DNA of 39,712 bases, from positions 987,581-1,027,292 of the forward strand of contig NW_005202427.1 in assembly GCF_000372725.1 (NCBI RefSeq), written 5' to 3'. The notes under the pieces are model-generated. The model did no database searches, had not been told where the DNA came from, and saw nothing but the letters and a program-made list of their open reading frames with translations. The position numbers and the translations under genes are program-made. This stretch comes from Emiliania huxleyi CCMP1516 (lineage: Eukaryota). Shown here piece by piece: positions 20,717 to 31,813 of the stretch (its first letter is position 1; every line of letters starts with the position of its first letter).

Positions 20717-23021
20717 ATGAACGCGACCATCGAGGATCTCCTCGCGAGGCTGGAGCAGCTGGAGGCCCGGGTCGACGAGCACAGTCTTTTCCCTGGCGCG
20801 TCTGCCGACGTCCTCTTCCTTCTTGTGGCGTCGCTGAACGTCTTCTTCATGCAGGCGCCCCGCGCCCCGCCGGCCCCCCCACGCCCTGCTTGCGTCGGCG
20901 CTCCGCCTGGAGCCGCGTGCGTGTGCGTGCACCTCAGCTCGCCCCGCTGCCGCCCCGCGCAGTGCGGTTTTGGAATGCTCGAGGCGGGCTCGGTGACTTC
21001 CCGCTCGACGCAAGCCATCCTGCTGAAGAACCTGCTGGACGCGTGCCTCTCCGCCTTCATCTGGTGGGTGGTGGGGCACGGCATCGCGTTTGATGGCACA
21101 AACGACTTCATCGGCACGGCCGGCTCCGACATGAGCTCATTCTTCCTTTCCGGCTACGGCGCAGGTTCGCCGGCCGCCCATCACGCGCCCTCCCCCCTTT
21201 CCCGCCGCCAGCCCGCTCGCTCGCCCCCCCCCCCCCACCCTATCCCTCAGGCCCCGACTCGGGCTACCATCGCGTCTTCTGGTGGTTCCAGTGGACCTTC
21301 GCCGCCGCCGCCGGCACCATTGTCTCTGGCGCAGTGGCAGAGCGCGCGCAGCTACTCGCCTGTGCGCCTCCCGCTCCCTCGCCCCCCCTTCCCCCTTCCC
21401 CCTCCCTTCCCCCTCCCCGCCCCCTCCCGACCACCATCTCAGCCCACCCCCTCCCGCAGACCTGGCCTACACCTTCATCCTCACCGCCGTCATCTACCCC
21501 ATCATCGTCCACTGGTGCTGGTCCGAGGCGGGGTGGCTGTCCACGAAAAACGGGCATGTCGATTCCGGGGGTAATTTCCCCAGCGACGCGGTGCTGGACG
21601 GGGTGATCGACTTTGCAGGCGGGGAGACCCCCCCCCTTTAACCCCCCCCCCCCCCCCTCTCCCCCCCCCTCCCCAACCCCCCCCAACCCCCCCCTTCACC
21701 CCCCGATATGCGCCTCGCAGGCGCATCGTCGTCAACACGACACTGTCCGCCGCCGGGTCCGGACTCGTCTCGCTCGCCATCGCCACCCTTGGCCAGTGGC
21801 GCCGAGGCACCGTCAACTACGAGGCTCCTGCCATCTGCAGCCGCCATCCTCGCCCAGAGAACAAGACCGCCCCCCCGCCGAAAGAAGAAACACAGCGCGC
21901 TAGGTTCCCGCCATCTGCAACGGCATCCTCGCCGGCCTCGTCTCCATCACCGCCGGCTGCGCGACGGTGCGCCCTCACCCCCACCGCCATCCCCGCCGCC
22001 GTCTCCACCGCCGCCCTTGCCGCTGCCCATCCGTCCGCCGCCCTCACCACCGCCCTCACCACCGCCCTCGGGACGGCCACCACCGTCTCCGAGATTGGGT
22101 GAGACGAGCGTTGCGGCTAGGTGCACCCCTGGGCGGCGCTCGTCATCGGGATGATCGGCGGGCTCGTCTACCGCGGCTGCTCGCACTGTGTGCTCCACAA
22201 GCTCAAGGCGCCGAGAGGTCTAGAAGCGGAGAGACGCAGTCTTGTGCTCCAACTAGCGCGCGAGCGGGCACGTCTTCCGCCGTATTCGGCCCTCTTCTAT
22301 TCATGGTCTTCGCAGTCCGTGTATTCACGACAGTTGCTACCCCCCCCCCCACGGGACACCCACACTGGATTCGATACTATGGAGGTATGGTACAGGTGGA
22401 CGACCCGCTCGACTCGTCGTCAGTGCACGGCGCGTGCGGCGCGTGGGGCGTGATCGCCGCCGCGCTGCTCACCACGGAAGAGTTCGCCGCCGCCGCCGGT
22501 TACCAGCGGCGCGCGGGCCTCTTTTACGGCGGGGGCAAGCTGCTCGGCGCCGCGCTTCTGCAGGTGGTCTGCATCCTCTGCTAGTAACCCTAACCCTACC
22601 CATAACCCTAGCCCTAATCCTAACCCCAGCCCTAACCCCCACCCTCACCCTAACCCTTACCCCAACCCCAACCCTAGCCCTAACCCTAGCCCTAACCCTA
22701 GCCCTAGCCCTGCTATTGCAGATGGTGTGCATCCTCGCCTGGTCGGGCACCAACGCCGGCCTCGTCTTCTTGCTCCTGAAGAAGGCGGGCAAGCTGCGGC
22801 GGAGGGAGACCTGTGCGGAACCCCCTCCCCCCCCCCCTTTTCCCGCAGACATGGCCGCCGCCCCCGAGGAGGACCTCGACTCGTCCATCCACGGAGGGGC
22901 CCCCCTGGAACCCGCCGAGCACGGCTCGGGAAACACGTCGCGGGCAGAGTCCGTCGACACCTCCGACCCCGTCATCGAGATGCCCGATGCCACCCCAGAC
23001 AAGGACCAGCCGGCCGCGTGA
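20717..23021 (+). CDS. AMT: AMT1-type ammonium transporter (multi-exon; central TM5-TM6 exon(s) absent from this sequence)
   Basis: Motifs FFMQ|CGFGMLEAGSV, ILLKNLLDAC, WFQWTFAA..TIVSGAVAER, VIYPIIVHWCW, VIDFAG, VVNTTLSAA, CNGILAGLVSITAGC and KLK|VDDPLD..VHGACGAWG. Several GC-AG introns are present. Confidence 0.92.
22585..22710 (+). repeat. Interstitial telomere-like (CCCTAA/CCCTAG)n tract inside an AMT intron
   Basis: About 20 degenerate taaccc/tagccc hexamers. Confidence 0.9.
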
Positions 23022-23455
23022 GCCGGCCGCCCCCACACACATGCCGCATAATCCCCACGCTGCTAGACTCGCGCGGCCGCCGCAGCGAGCCCTTCTCGAT
23101 ACTGTCGTCTGTACTGTCGTCTGTCGCCGGCCTCATCGCACATGGCCGTGCCTTCCCTACACATGTCGTGACCTTTGTGCTTTGATAGCGTGGCCGGGGC
23201 ACCGAGCTGCGTCTGTGGTCATTGGTCTGTTCCTGGGTTAGAGGTGGTGCAGGAAATTCTCAGCCTCGCACGCACGCATGTCGTCGCGCGGCCGTATTGC
23301 ATAAGACTTTGCATAAGACGTACATAAGACACGCTTCCTCCCAGTGATGGGCTTGCCTCCACCCGCCGGAGTGCGAGTGGTTCGACCCCCCCGCCCCGCA
23401 CACCGCCTCCGCCCACGCAAATGCCCGAAATGCAAATCCGAGACGGGTGATGGGA

Positions 23456-26400
23456 TACTATGTTCAATCCCCCCTCCGGGTGATGCCAGGGCAGCAAAAC
23501 GGGCTACGGGTGGTGCCATGCAGCCAGCCTGACCCCCTAGAGCCGCCCGGCACCACCGCACCGGTGCGAGGCGTGATCGTGCTGCTTGGGGTACATTGTT
23601 GTTTTCATGGGCTCGAATGCGGTGTGAAAAAGGCGCTCCGAGGTGCCGATTTTGCACGAGAGTGCGAGGTTCGAGCTCTCGTGCTCCGTCCACAGGCTGC
23701 GAGCCGTCGAGTGCTCGCTTCGCACTTTCCATTGGGTCCGTTGGCGCATATCGGGCGCCTCGCAGGCACGCCGTCCCCGCGTCTCTGTGGAGGAGATGCG
23801 TCACCCGGTTGCACTCAAATCGCAGCCGAACGCCATATCGCTCCGTGTGCCCCACCGGTGGCTAGCCTGCCGCCACCGCTTCTTCGCACTTTCCACCAGA
23901 TGTGTGGGCGCGGGGCGGATGCCTCGCCGGCAGCCGAGGTGCTCTCTCCTCGGATCCTTTGCGTCACCCGCAAAAAGTTCTTCGGAAGCCACTGCCGTCT
24001 GGGCACTCCACCAGCCCTCCTCGCCTTTTGAGGCTGGGATTGGTGTCGCCCGTGGCATCTGCGCCGGTCGAGAGCTTCCACGTCGCTCATGCGCATCAGG
24101 GCGAGCGAAACGCTCGCCCTCGGACCGGTTGCCTCTGTAGAAGCTAGCCCGCTACTGTGCACCACGCTGTGTCCCTCTCTCAAAGAGGGTGTGTGTGACG
24201 ATACGTTCCTTCTAATCTATACCCGTGCCGAACATCACACGCACACACATCTGAATCACACACACATCTGAAGACAACTATCTGAATCACACGTCGGTCT
24301 AGGTCAACATCTCAAAGTCCGAGTCTGTGTCCTCGGCAGGCTCCTGCTCCGCCGCTGCGCCAAAGGCGGTCAGCGTTGCGGAGCCTGTGTGCGGCAGTTG
24401 GCGCTGGACATAGGCTAGACGTAACAGCGTGCGCACGTCGTTTCGGCGCTGTGCGACGAAGGCGTTGTTTTTTGCCTTCGCCGTCTTCATCGCCGTGCAA
24501 GTCCGCCGCATGCCGTTGAGCGGGGTGATCTCCTCACGCCTGCGGGGGCGGCGCGACACCGGTCAGCCTTATTGCAGGCATGCACACACACACACAGGGA
24601 GAGCGCACCCGCGAAGGTACTCGCTGAAGGAGCGAGTCAGGTCGCTCCTCACGTAGTCGACAGCCACCTCCGCGACAAAGTCCACCCAGAGCGCGCACTC
24701 GTGAGTGCAAGACTGCAGCTGCACATCCACCACCTCCAGCGCCCAGCCGGCGGCAGGCCCGGGGCTCCGGTGGAAGCAAGACGCGATGCCCGAGTCGATT
24801 GCGCCGCCATAGGGCTCGTGGTAGAGCACCCGTCTCTGGTCGACGAAGAAGAGGAGCTGGTGCCAGTGCCCGCCAAACTCGCTGCCGTCGGTAAAGCGCT
24901 GCATGACCAGCTTGCGCTCCGTCGGTGCCTCGCCCGCGAACAGCTTCGCCACCCACCCGGTGGGGGCTCCCGATTTGAAGCGGTTGAAGAGCGATCCGGC
25001 GCGAATCGTCATCCCCGAGATCGGCGCCCTCGCCTGCACGTCCTGGCTGTCGGCCCACGGTGAGAGGTCCTGCATGTTATGCACAATGATGTCGTTCAAG
25101 TGCTCGTCGTACCTGTCCGTCGGCACGGGGCAGCTCGAGCGACGCTGGGTCGCCCGGCCGTAGAGCGTCGGCTCTAGCTCTGTCCACGAGATGCCGAGCC
25201 CAGCTTCTGAGGAGACGGTAGACGAACCGGCCTGGGCGGAGCCAGCAGCACCGCTAGAGGCCGCATCCGTGGTGGAGCTAGAGGCCGCGGCGGAGGAAGT
25301 GGCGGCGGCGGAGCTGGCAGAGCTGGTGGCGGCCGCGCGGTTGAGAGTGGCGGCGGAGGCGGAGGTGCCAGTAGCGGTGGCGGAGGAGGGAGGGTCTGCG
25401 CGTGCCCGACGCCACACGCGGAGGGTGCCGGGCTGGAGCCGCGCGCCGGGGTCGCTCCGGATCGCGTCCAGAGCAAGACGTAGCGCCTCGCCCGCCAAAG
25501 CTTGCCCGGCCTCGGCGGGCAGCAGCTCTTCCACGCTCGACAGCGGCTCGGCCACCTTGCGGATCGGAGTCTTTGACTCGCCGCGGTTCCACGGATCCAT
25601 GATGTAGAGGTCCGACCCATCCAGCACCTCGTGTAGCCAAAGGTGGCTGACCTTGTTTGCCCTGGCGGCTGGAGTCTCCGTAACCAGAGCGAGGTAGACG
25701 CCGGGCTCGTCGCGGTAGGTGATCTCCGCGACGCGGTCCTTCAGGAGCCGGGACCGCGTCTCGGCGATCGATGACACCGGCGACTCGGTCGCGCCTCCGT
25801 CGTGCTGCTGCGCGGCCGTGGCAGCGTCCGCCGCCGCCGCCTCCGCCTCCTCCGCCGCCTCCCCTTCCGCCTCTGAGTCGACGTCGTCGTCGTCATCACT
25901 GCCGTCTACGTCCATTTCGCCAGTCATCGGCAGCTGCGCCGCGCCGCTCGCGCGCTCTGCCCGCCTGGCAGCTACCTCGGCCCTCTCCTCGCTCTCGGCC
26001 CAGCGAAAATCGTCGTCGCTCGCCTCGTACAACTTGTCGGCGTCTCGGTGGGCGGCAGCCATGTAGACCTCGAGCGTGAGAGGGTTGCGAAAGACGGAGT
26101 GATGGACGCCGGTCTTCGCCGTCTTGATCTGCTGTTCGCACTTAAAGTTCGAGATCGGTAGGCTCCGCGAGACTTCGCGAAGGTGCGATAGGAGGTCGAC
26201 CGAGTCCTTGACGAGGTCGCGGTCGACAATCTCCTCCAGCGTCAGCGACGCGTTGCCCGGCTGCTCGAGGACCTCCGAGATATCGTGAAGGATCGCCCGA
26301 AGCGTCGAAGAGCAGATGTCGCCCGGACCCTCGTACCTGTCGGACTCTATCGCGCTCTGCACCTTCTCGGTCGTGCTGCCGTCAAACATGTGGTTCGCGA

Positions 26401-29400
26401 TGCTCTCGTAGAATCCGGTGGCGCCCTGCTTCTCGTACGAGAGCAGGAGGTCGATGGTCGCCTTCAGACCACCCTTGTCGTCCAAGAGGCCATACTGCAG
26501 CAGAAGCGGGTTATCAAAGAAGGGCGAAGACTCGCGCTCAAAGTAGCCACTCGTGCCGAGGCCGTCCACGGTGTATTCGTTGGCCCCAAAAATACTGGTG
26601 GCGAGCGACTCCACGTTGACCGCTCTGAGGGCGGGATTGGCGGCCCGTTGCACAAACTCCTTGACCGGCAGGAGGTCGACAGCCCAGACAGAGGCGATCG
26701 GCGCGTTGGCGGAGTCCGCGGCCGAGGCAAGCCAGGCATAGCAGCGGCGCAACACGCGGTGGACCTTCTCCATCGCTTTCCCCTCGTCATTCTCGGTGAA
26801 GCTTAGGAAAGAGTCAAGCAAGAGGTTGTCGAATTCAGCGATGAGAGCGAGAGCGACGCGGACCTTGGGCTGCGCCACCTCGCGCAGCAGCGCCGCGAGC
26901 TTGGCGCCGATCGAAGTGGGCGACGAGTCGAACTTGTCGTCCAGCAGCACCGCCATACCCTCAAAGCCGATCGGGTCGGCGAGCGGGTCGTCCACGCCGC
27001 CCGAAGCAGGAGCCAGGCCACCGAAGCCGTTTGCGCGCAGCTCGTAGTCGACGACAAAGGTCAGGCCAATCTCAAGCCGCCGGCTTGTCGGGGCGAGGTA
27101 GGAGGCCTGGCCGCAAGAGTAGCCCCAACGCATTCCGGGCGACAGAGGCGCGCCGCCGAGCGTCTTCAGACCCTCCGTCTTTCGGATGTGCTCGGTGCAG
27201 CCGGGGGTCGTGCGAAGGGCGTAGCAGAGGTCCTCCAGCAGCTCAGTCGCGCGCCACCGACTCCCGCTCACCTCGTCGTCTCGCCTCTTTCGGTGCGAGA
27301 GGAGCAGGCCCGGAGCCCGCGTGAGCGGCCCGAGTGAGCGGAGGGCTTGCAGCCCCGAGTTGTGGCCGATGTGAGAGAGGCACGGGATGCGCGTAATCAG
27401 CCAGTGGCCGCCGCCCGTGTCCGCCTCGATGAGCTCGCAGAGCTGCTTGTGCACGCCTGCGTGTCGGCCGCTCATCGTGTTGTCGTTGTCCGAGCAAATG
27501 AAGTGCAACAGCTCGAGCGGCGCGCCCGTCGCCTTGACCGACCGCAGCGTCTCCCTGGCGATTACCGCAGCGGTCTTTTGCTTGCCGAGGTGCGAGGCGA
27601 AGCAGGAGACCTCACGGAGCCCGTCGTGCGGGCGAGTTGCTCCGAGGTGTCCCGCTATGAACCCTCTCCGAGAGCGGGAGCCGAGGTCGAAGGCGACGAA
27701 GTAGGTCACGCGCGAGAAGGTGAACTCCACCTCTTGCATGCGCTGCACCCGGTGGACGGCCCGGTCGATGAGGGAGCACGTGCCCGCGCTCGGCAGCCGC
27801 ACGCGTGCGATATCGTCGTCCGAGATGTCGAACAGGAGCGTGGCGCCATCCCGAGCGAGCGACGCAGCGCCGCGCATCGAGATTGAGCGCTCCGTACCGC
27901 TTTTGTGGCGGTACAAGTACACGGCCTTGCGCAGGGCGGCCGAGTAACGATTACCCGTCATGTTTTGACGCAGCGCGTACTCGACTCGATGGCGTGGCCG
28001 GCCGCGCTGCGGCCGGCGCGCCTCCGCTGCCCGCACCTCCGCCGCGCGCTGCCACAGGCCGAGGAGCGAGTCGGCCTCTGTCGGCTCCACCTTGCCGAGC
28101 ACGCCGGGCAGGTGGAGCGAGAAGAGCTTCACGTCGTCGATCGCCTGCAGGGCGGCCCGCTGCAACAGCGGAGTGTTGAGCGACGCCTGCAAGACGTCGA
28201 GGCTGTAGAGGCCCGGGAGCGTCGGCACGTCGCTGGGCTCGTACACCAGCAGCAGCTGCGAGCGAAACGCTACGCCGAGGGAGCGGCCGGAGCGGCCCTG
28301 TACCTCTGGCCGCATGACGAATTCGCACATCATCAACTGAATGAATGCACCCCCGCCAAAGTGTCGCAGCGGGTTCGAGAGCTTCAGCGCCAGTTCTCGA
28401 ACGAGCCTCGTCGTTGCCGCCGCGTGCAGCCGCTGCCGCCGCCGCTCCTCCTCGCGCAGCCCTACGACTTGCAAGTCGAGCCGGGCTTGGGCACGCAGCT
28501 CGCGAGGCGTCGGCACGCCTGATGTTTGCGTCCCGGTTGTCGCTGTAATCGCTTCGCGAGCGGCGGCACGGTGGCCAACCTCCTCCAGCTCGAGGCGTCC
28601 GATGTCTGCCACCAGCGTGAGCACGCTTGCTTGCTGCTGCTGCTGCTGCTGCGCAGGCTCCGCTGGAGCACTGCTCAGAGAGGGAGGTTCCTCGTCAACC
28701 TCCATGCGATCTCCGTTCGAGGCCGCAGCCGACGAGCCGCCGACGAGCCGCTGCGGCGCTGCACGGGAGAGCGATCCTCGGCGTCCGTGCTCTCTCTGGT
28801 TGTAGATCCCGTCGCGGCGGCCCTCGTCGCTCGTGCTATGCAGCTCCATGGCCTCGCCGAGGACGTCGCCAACCGTAGCATGCCGCGGCGCTCTCAGGTT
28901 CTTTGCGACGCCGACTCTGCGCGAGCCAGCACGGCTTTGCGGCCGCGAGGACGTTGCACTCGGCGAGGGCGCCTGTTGTGACGAGATCGGAAGCGTGAGA
29001 TAGCGACGACTGCGCAGGCACAGAGTCGCAAACTGGCGGTACCGAGCGGCGATCTGGTCCTGGCCTGGAGCCGGGACGGACTCCTTGGCCGCTTTTGCGA
29101 CGCTGTCCCAGGCCTGCGCCCGCTCTTTTCGGCATGGCTCGAGCACGAGACAAGTCGGAAAACCGCGACAACTTCGGCGGGCATTCACAGATTTTTACCA
29201 CCTCGGAAGCAACGCCTGTGTGTTCACCGGTGCTAGAGAGTGTCGAAAAGGAGTCCACACTGCATTCATCGACATCAACGCGCCCCGCTGCGCCGCGCTA
29301 CTCGCGAGAGCGGGAGGAGATTTGGGGAGATTGTCGGGAGATTTCCAAGATTGTCACCGGGGTGTGCGTGGGTAAGTCGTGCGTCCTACGTGCCAAGGCG

Positions 29401-29647
29401 ATGTGCATGCTAGTCTGGCTCGTCCCAATACGCTCAGGGGGCCGAGAACAGCGCTCTGTCGCGCGCTACTTTCCGTGCTGCTGAGAGAGGCCCGGAGGGG
29501 CCCACCACGGCCCACGCTCGCCTCGGAAATGCAAAAAAATGCTCCCAGGCCCCCTCCCGCCCACCCCGCACACCTGCTTGACTACTCCCGAGCCCCACGA
29601 GCCGAGGCGAGAAAGTTCGAATTAAAGTGCGGAGTTTGAACATGGTA
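23456..29647 (-). mobile_element. Autonomous hAT-like DNA transposon (~6.2 kb) with 12-bp TIRs and a 6-bp TSD
   Basis: Left end TACTATGTTCAA (23456-23467) and right end TTGAACATGGTA (29636-29647; reverse complement TACCATGTTCAA) match at 11/12. ATGGGA directly flanks both ends (23450-23455 and 29648-29653). The ends enclose the transposase gene. Confidence 0.75.
24299..29135 (-). CDS. hAT-like DDE transposase fused to a C-terminal Ulp1/adenain-like (clan CE) cysteine protease; exons 29135-29043, 28972-24609, 24539-24299 (~1565 aa)
   Basis: Transposase motifs FVAFDLGS (D), FICSDNDNTMSG..AGV (D), RIPCLSH (CxxH), MRW and LPISNFKCEQQIK (E). Protease motifs GGHW, LYHEPYG and QLQSCTHECALWV. Two ~70-nt GT-AG introns restore one continuous frame. 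Confidence 0.8.
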
Positions 29648-31813
29648 ATGGGATGCTGGCTCTGTGGTCTCAGGCCCAGTGAGGTAGTGCACGCGACTAT
29701 CTCCCGGATCCTGCTGAACAAGCTCCTCTTGTAGCTCGATCGGTCACACCGCCATCACCGTCGAGGAGAGGGGGGACGACACTGCCTCAGCACACAGAGC
29801 AGCGTGCACCTCGATCCTGTACCGTGTTTGTTATGACCCCCCCCAGTGAACACACCAATGAGGGTGGGCGAGACGATCGAGGGGTCCCGTACCACGCGGA
29901 ATCGACCCTATCCAGTGCTCAAGTGCTCAAGACACGCTATGGACTAAGATATGCATTCGCGCGACGTCTAACCCTGCCAATGCACTGTGTACTCTCTAGG
30001 AGAGTACATAAGCTAAAAGTATACGTACATAGGCAGGACACACCGGTGCATATAGGGCCGGTACATACACATAGCAGTACTGGCCACGTCCCGCGCTGCC
30101 TCCCGGCCCAGTTTCAGATTTTTCAGCGCGCCGCTCGCATGTGCGGCGCGATCGTCCGCCATGAGTCGATCGGCAGCGCGACTCGTAACTTGCGGCCATG
30201 CTATCACCCTTGCGACAGCCTGTCGGCGCTGCTGACCGTGCCCTGCTGCACAATTGACCACCTGCATAGCTCGCGGCCTTAGCATCCAGCACATTCAGTG
30301 ACGACCTGATCGACCTGATCGTACGGCCAGTAGGAAGGTGTCCTTCCAGCGCGTGCACGCTTCTGACGCAATGCGCGTCACAAACTGCCTCGGATTGGCT
30401 GCTGGCAATCTCGAGGCTATGCCTACACAGCCTCGCGCGCATGGGTAGTCAAGAGGGACCACGCACCTTCTCAGGACAGCGCCGGTGCCTCTCTCTTGGA
30501 CCGGCCTGTCTGCTGTCTGGAGTGATATGTCGGCGGTCAGTACGACCGATCAGGTCGGAGTTTGCTGATGATTGGAGGGTCTATCTGTATGTACTCCTCG
30601 AGATCTCTCCAAATCTTCCCTCTAATCAACCGTAATCATTCGGGAAGTTGGCGCTCTGAGCGACTCTGAGCGCCGGGGCCCCGTTTCCGCACTGCTGCGC
30701 GGCGCACGGTGCCTCCGGGGGCCCCCGCCTCCCCCCAGAGCCGGATGCTCGGGGACGGGCTACGGGCAAGAGAGCCCTGACCCCGAGCACTTGGAGCAGT
30801 TGGGAGCCTCACACCCAGGGCCGGGGAGCTCAGAAGCGCACCCAGCGGGCCAGATGATCGGGATCGGGTTGCGGGCAAGAGAGCCCTAGCCCTGGGGGGT
30901 GCGCGTTCGCAGGGAAGGGGCCATAAAGAAGTAAACACGGTTCTCCGAGGGTTGGACCCGCGTACCGGGTTTCCCTTAACTGCAGGACGCCCCCTCTACT
31001 CGGAGCTAGATGCAGTGGACATTACACTGTACACCACGCACAATCACAGACACTTGCTTAGAGCCGTAGAGCACTTGGAGCACTTGGAGTGCAGTTGGCA
31101 GCCGCACGCCCAGGCAGGGCCGGGGAGCTAAGAAGCGCACCCAGAGGCCGGACGATTGGGGCAGCGGCGCGCCTGCAACTGGCTCGATGCGGCCGCCGGC
31201 GACGGGTTGACGCGGCTCGATCTGCTTCTCATCTTCACGTTCGTCGCGTTTTGGAGGAGCTCATCTCCATGTATGCAGCGTCGAATACACGTCGTGCATG
31301 AGGGTGCAGGATGAGAACGTAGAGCCGCGGGCGCGCCGGGGTGACCCGGATGAGACGACAGAAGACGTACTGCAGTGGATACACGCACTACACACACCAA
31401 AGATCACCAAGCACAGAAGATCAGCCTAGGAAAGACAAGCAGAGCACGGGCTGTCGGCGCGATCCATTTCAAGCCACCCAGGGCCCGGCGCGGCTAGAGG
31501 GGGGGGTGTTCTCTAGGCCCCTAAAGGCCCTACGCGCGGCGTGAGAGCTCGGAAGCGAGCTTACACGGCGATCGAGGATGGCGCGGTTCACCCCCTTCAC
31601 CGAAGCGATGGACCAGATGCGTTCCGCGTGGTGTGAAACAAACGAGAGGCGGGAGTGCTCTCTCTAAATGTACGTAAGAGCCACATAAAAGAGAGAGGTG
31701 GTCAACGAGACCGAGCATCAAAACTTCAGGAAAGAAGAAAAAGAAAAACTCCGGTCTGAATCAACATTCTGTACCCCTCCTCTGCACCCCACACTCCGTC
31801 GGTCAAGCGGTCA

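Noticed and set aside
23238..23352. TAGAGGTGG... or CAGTGATGGGC as the transposon left terminus
   Set aside because: No matching inverted copy with a TSD was found on the right side, whereas 23456/29647 has both.
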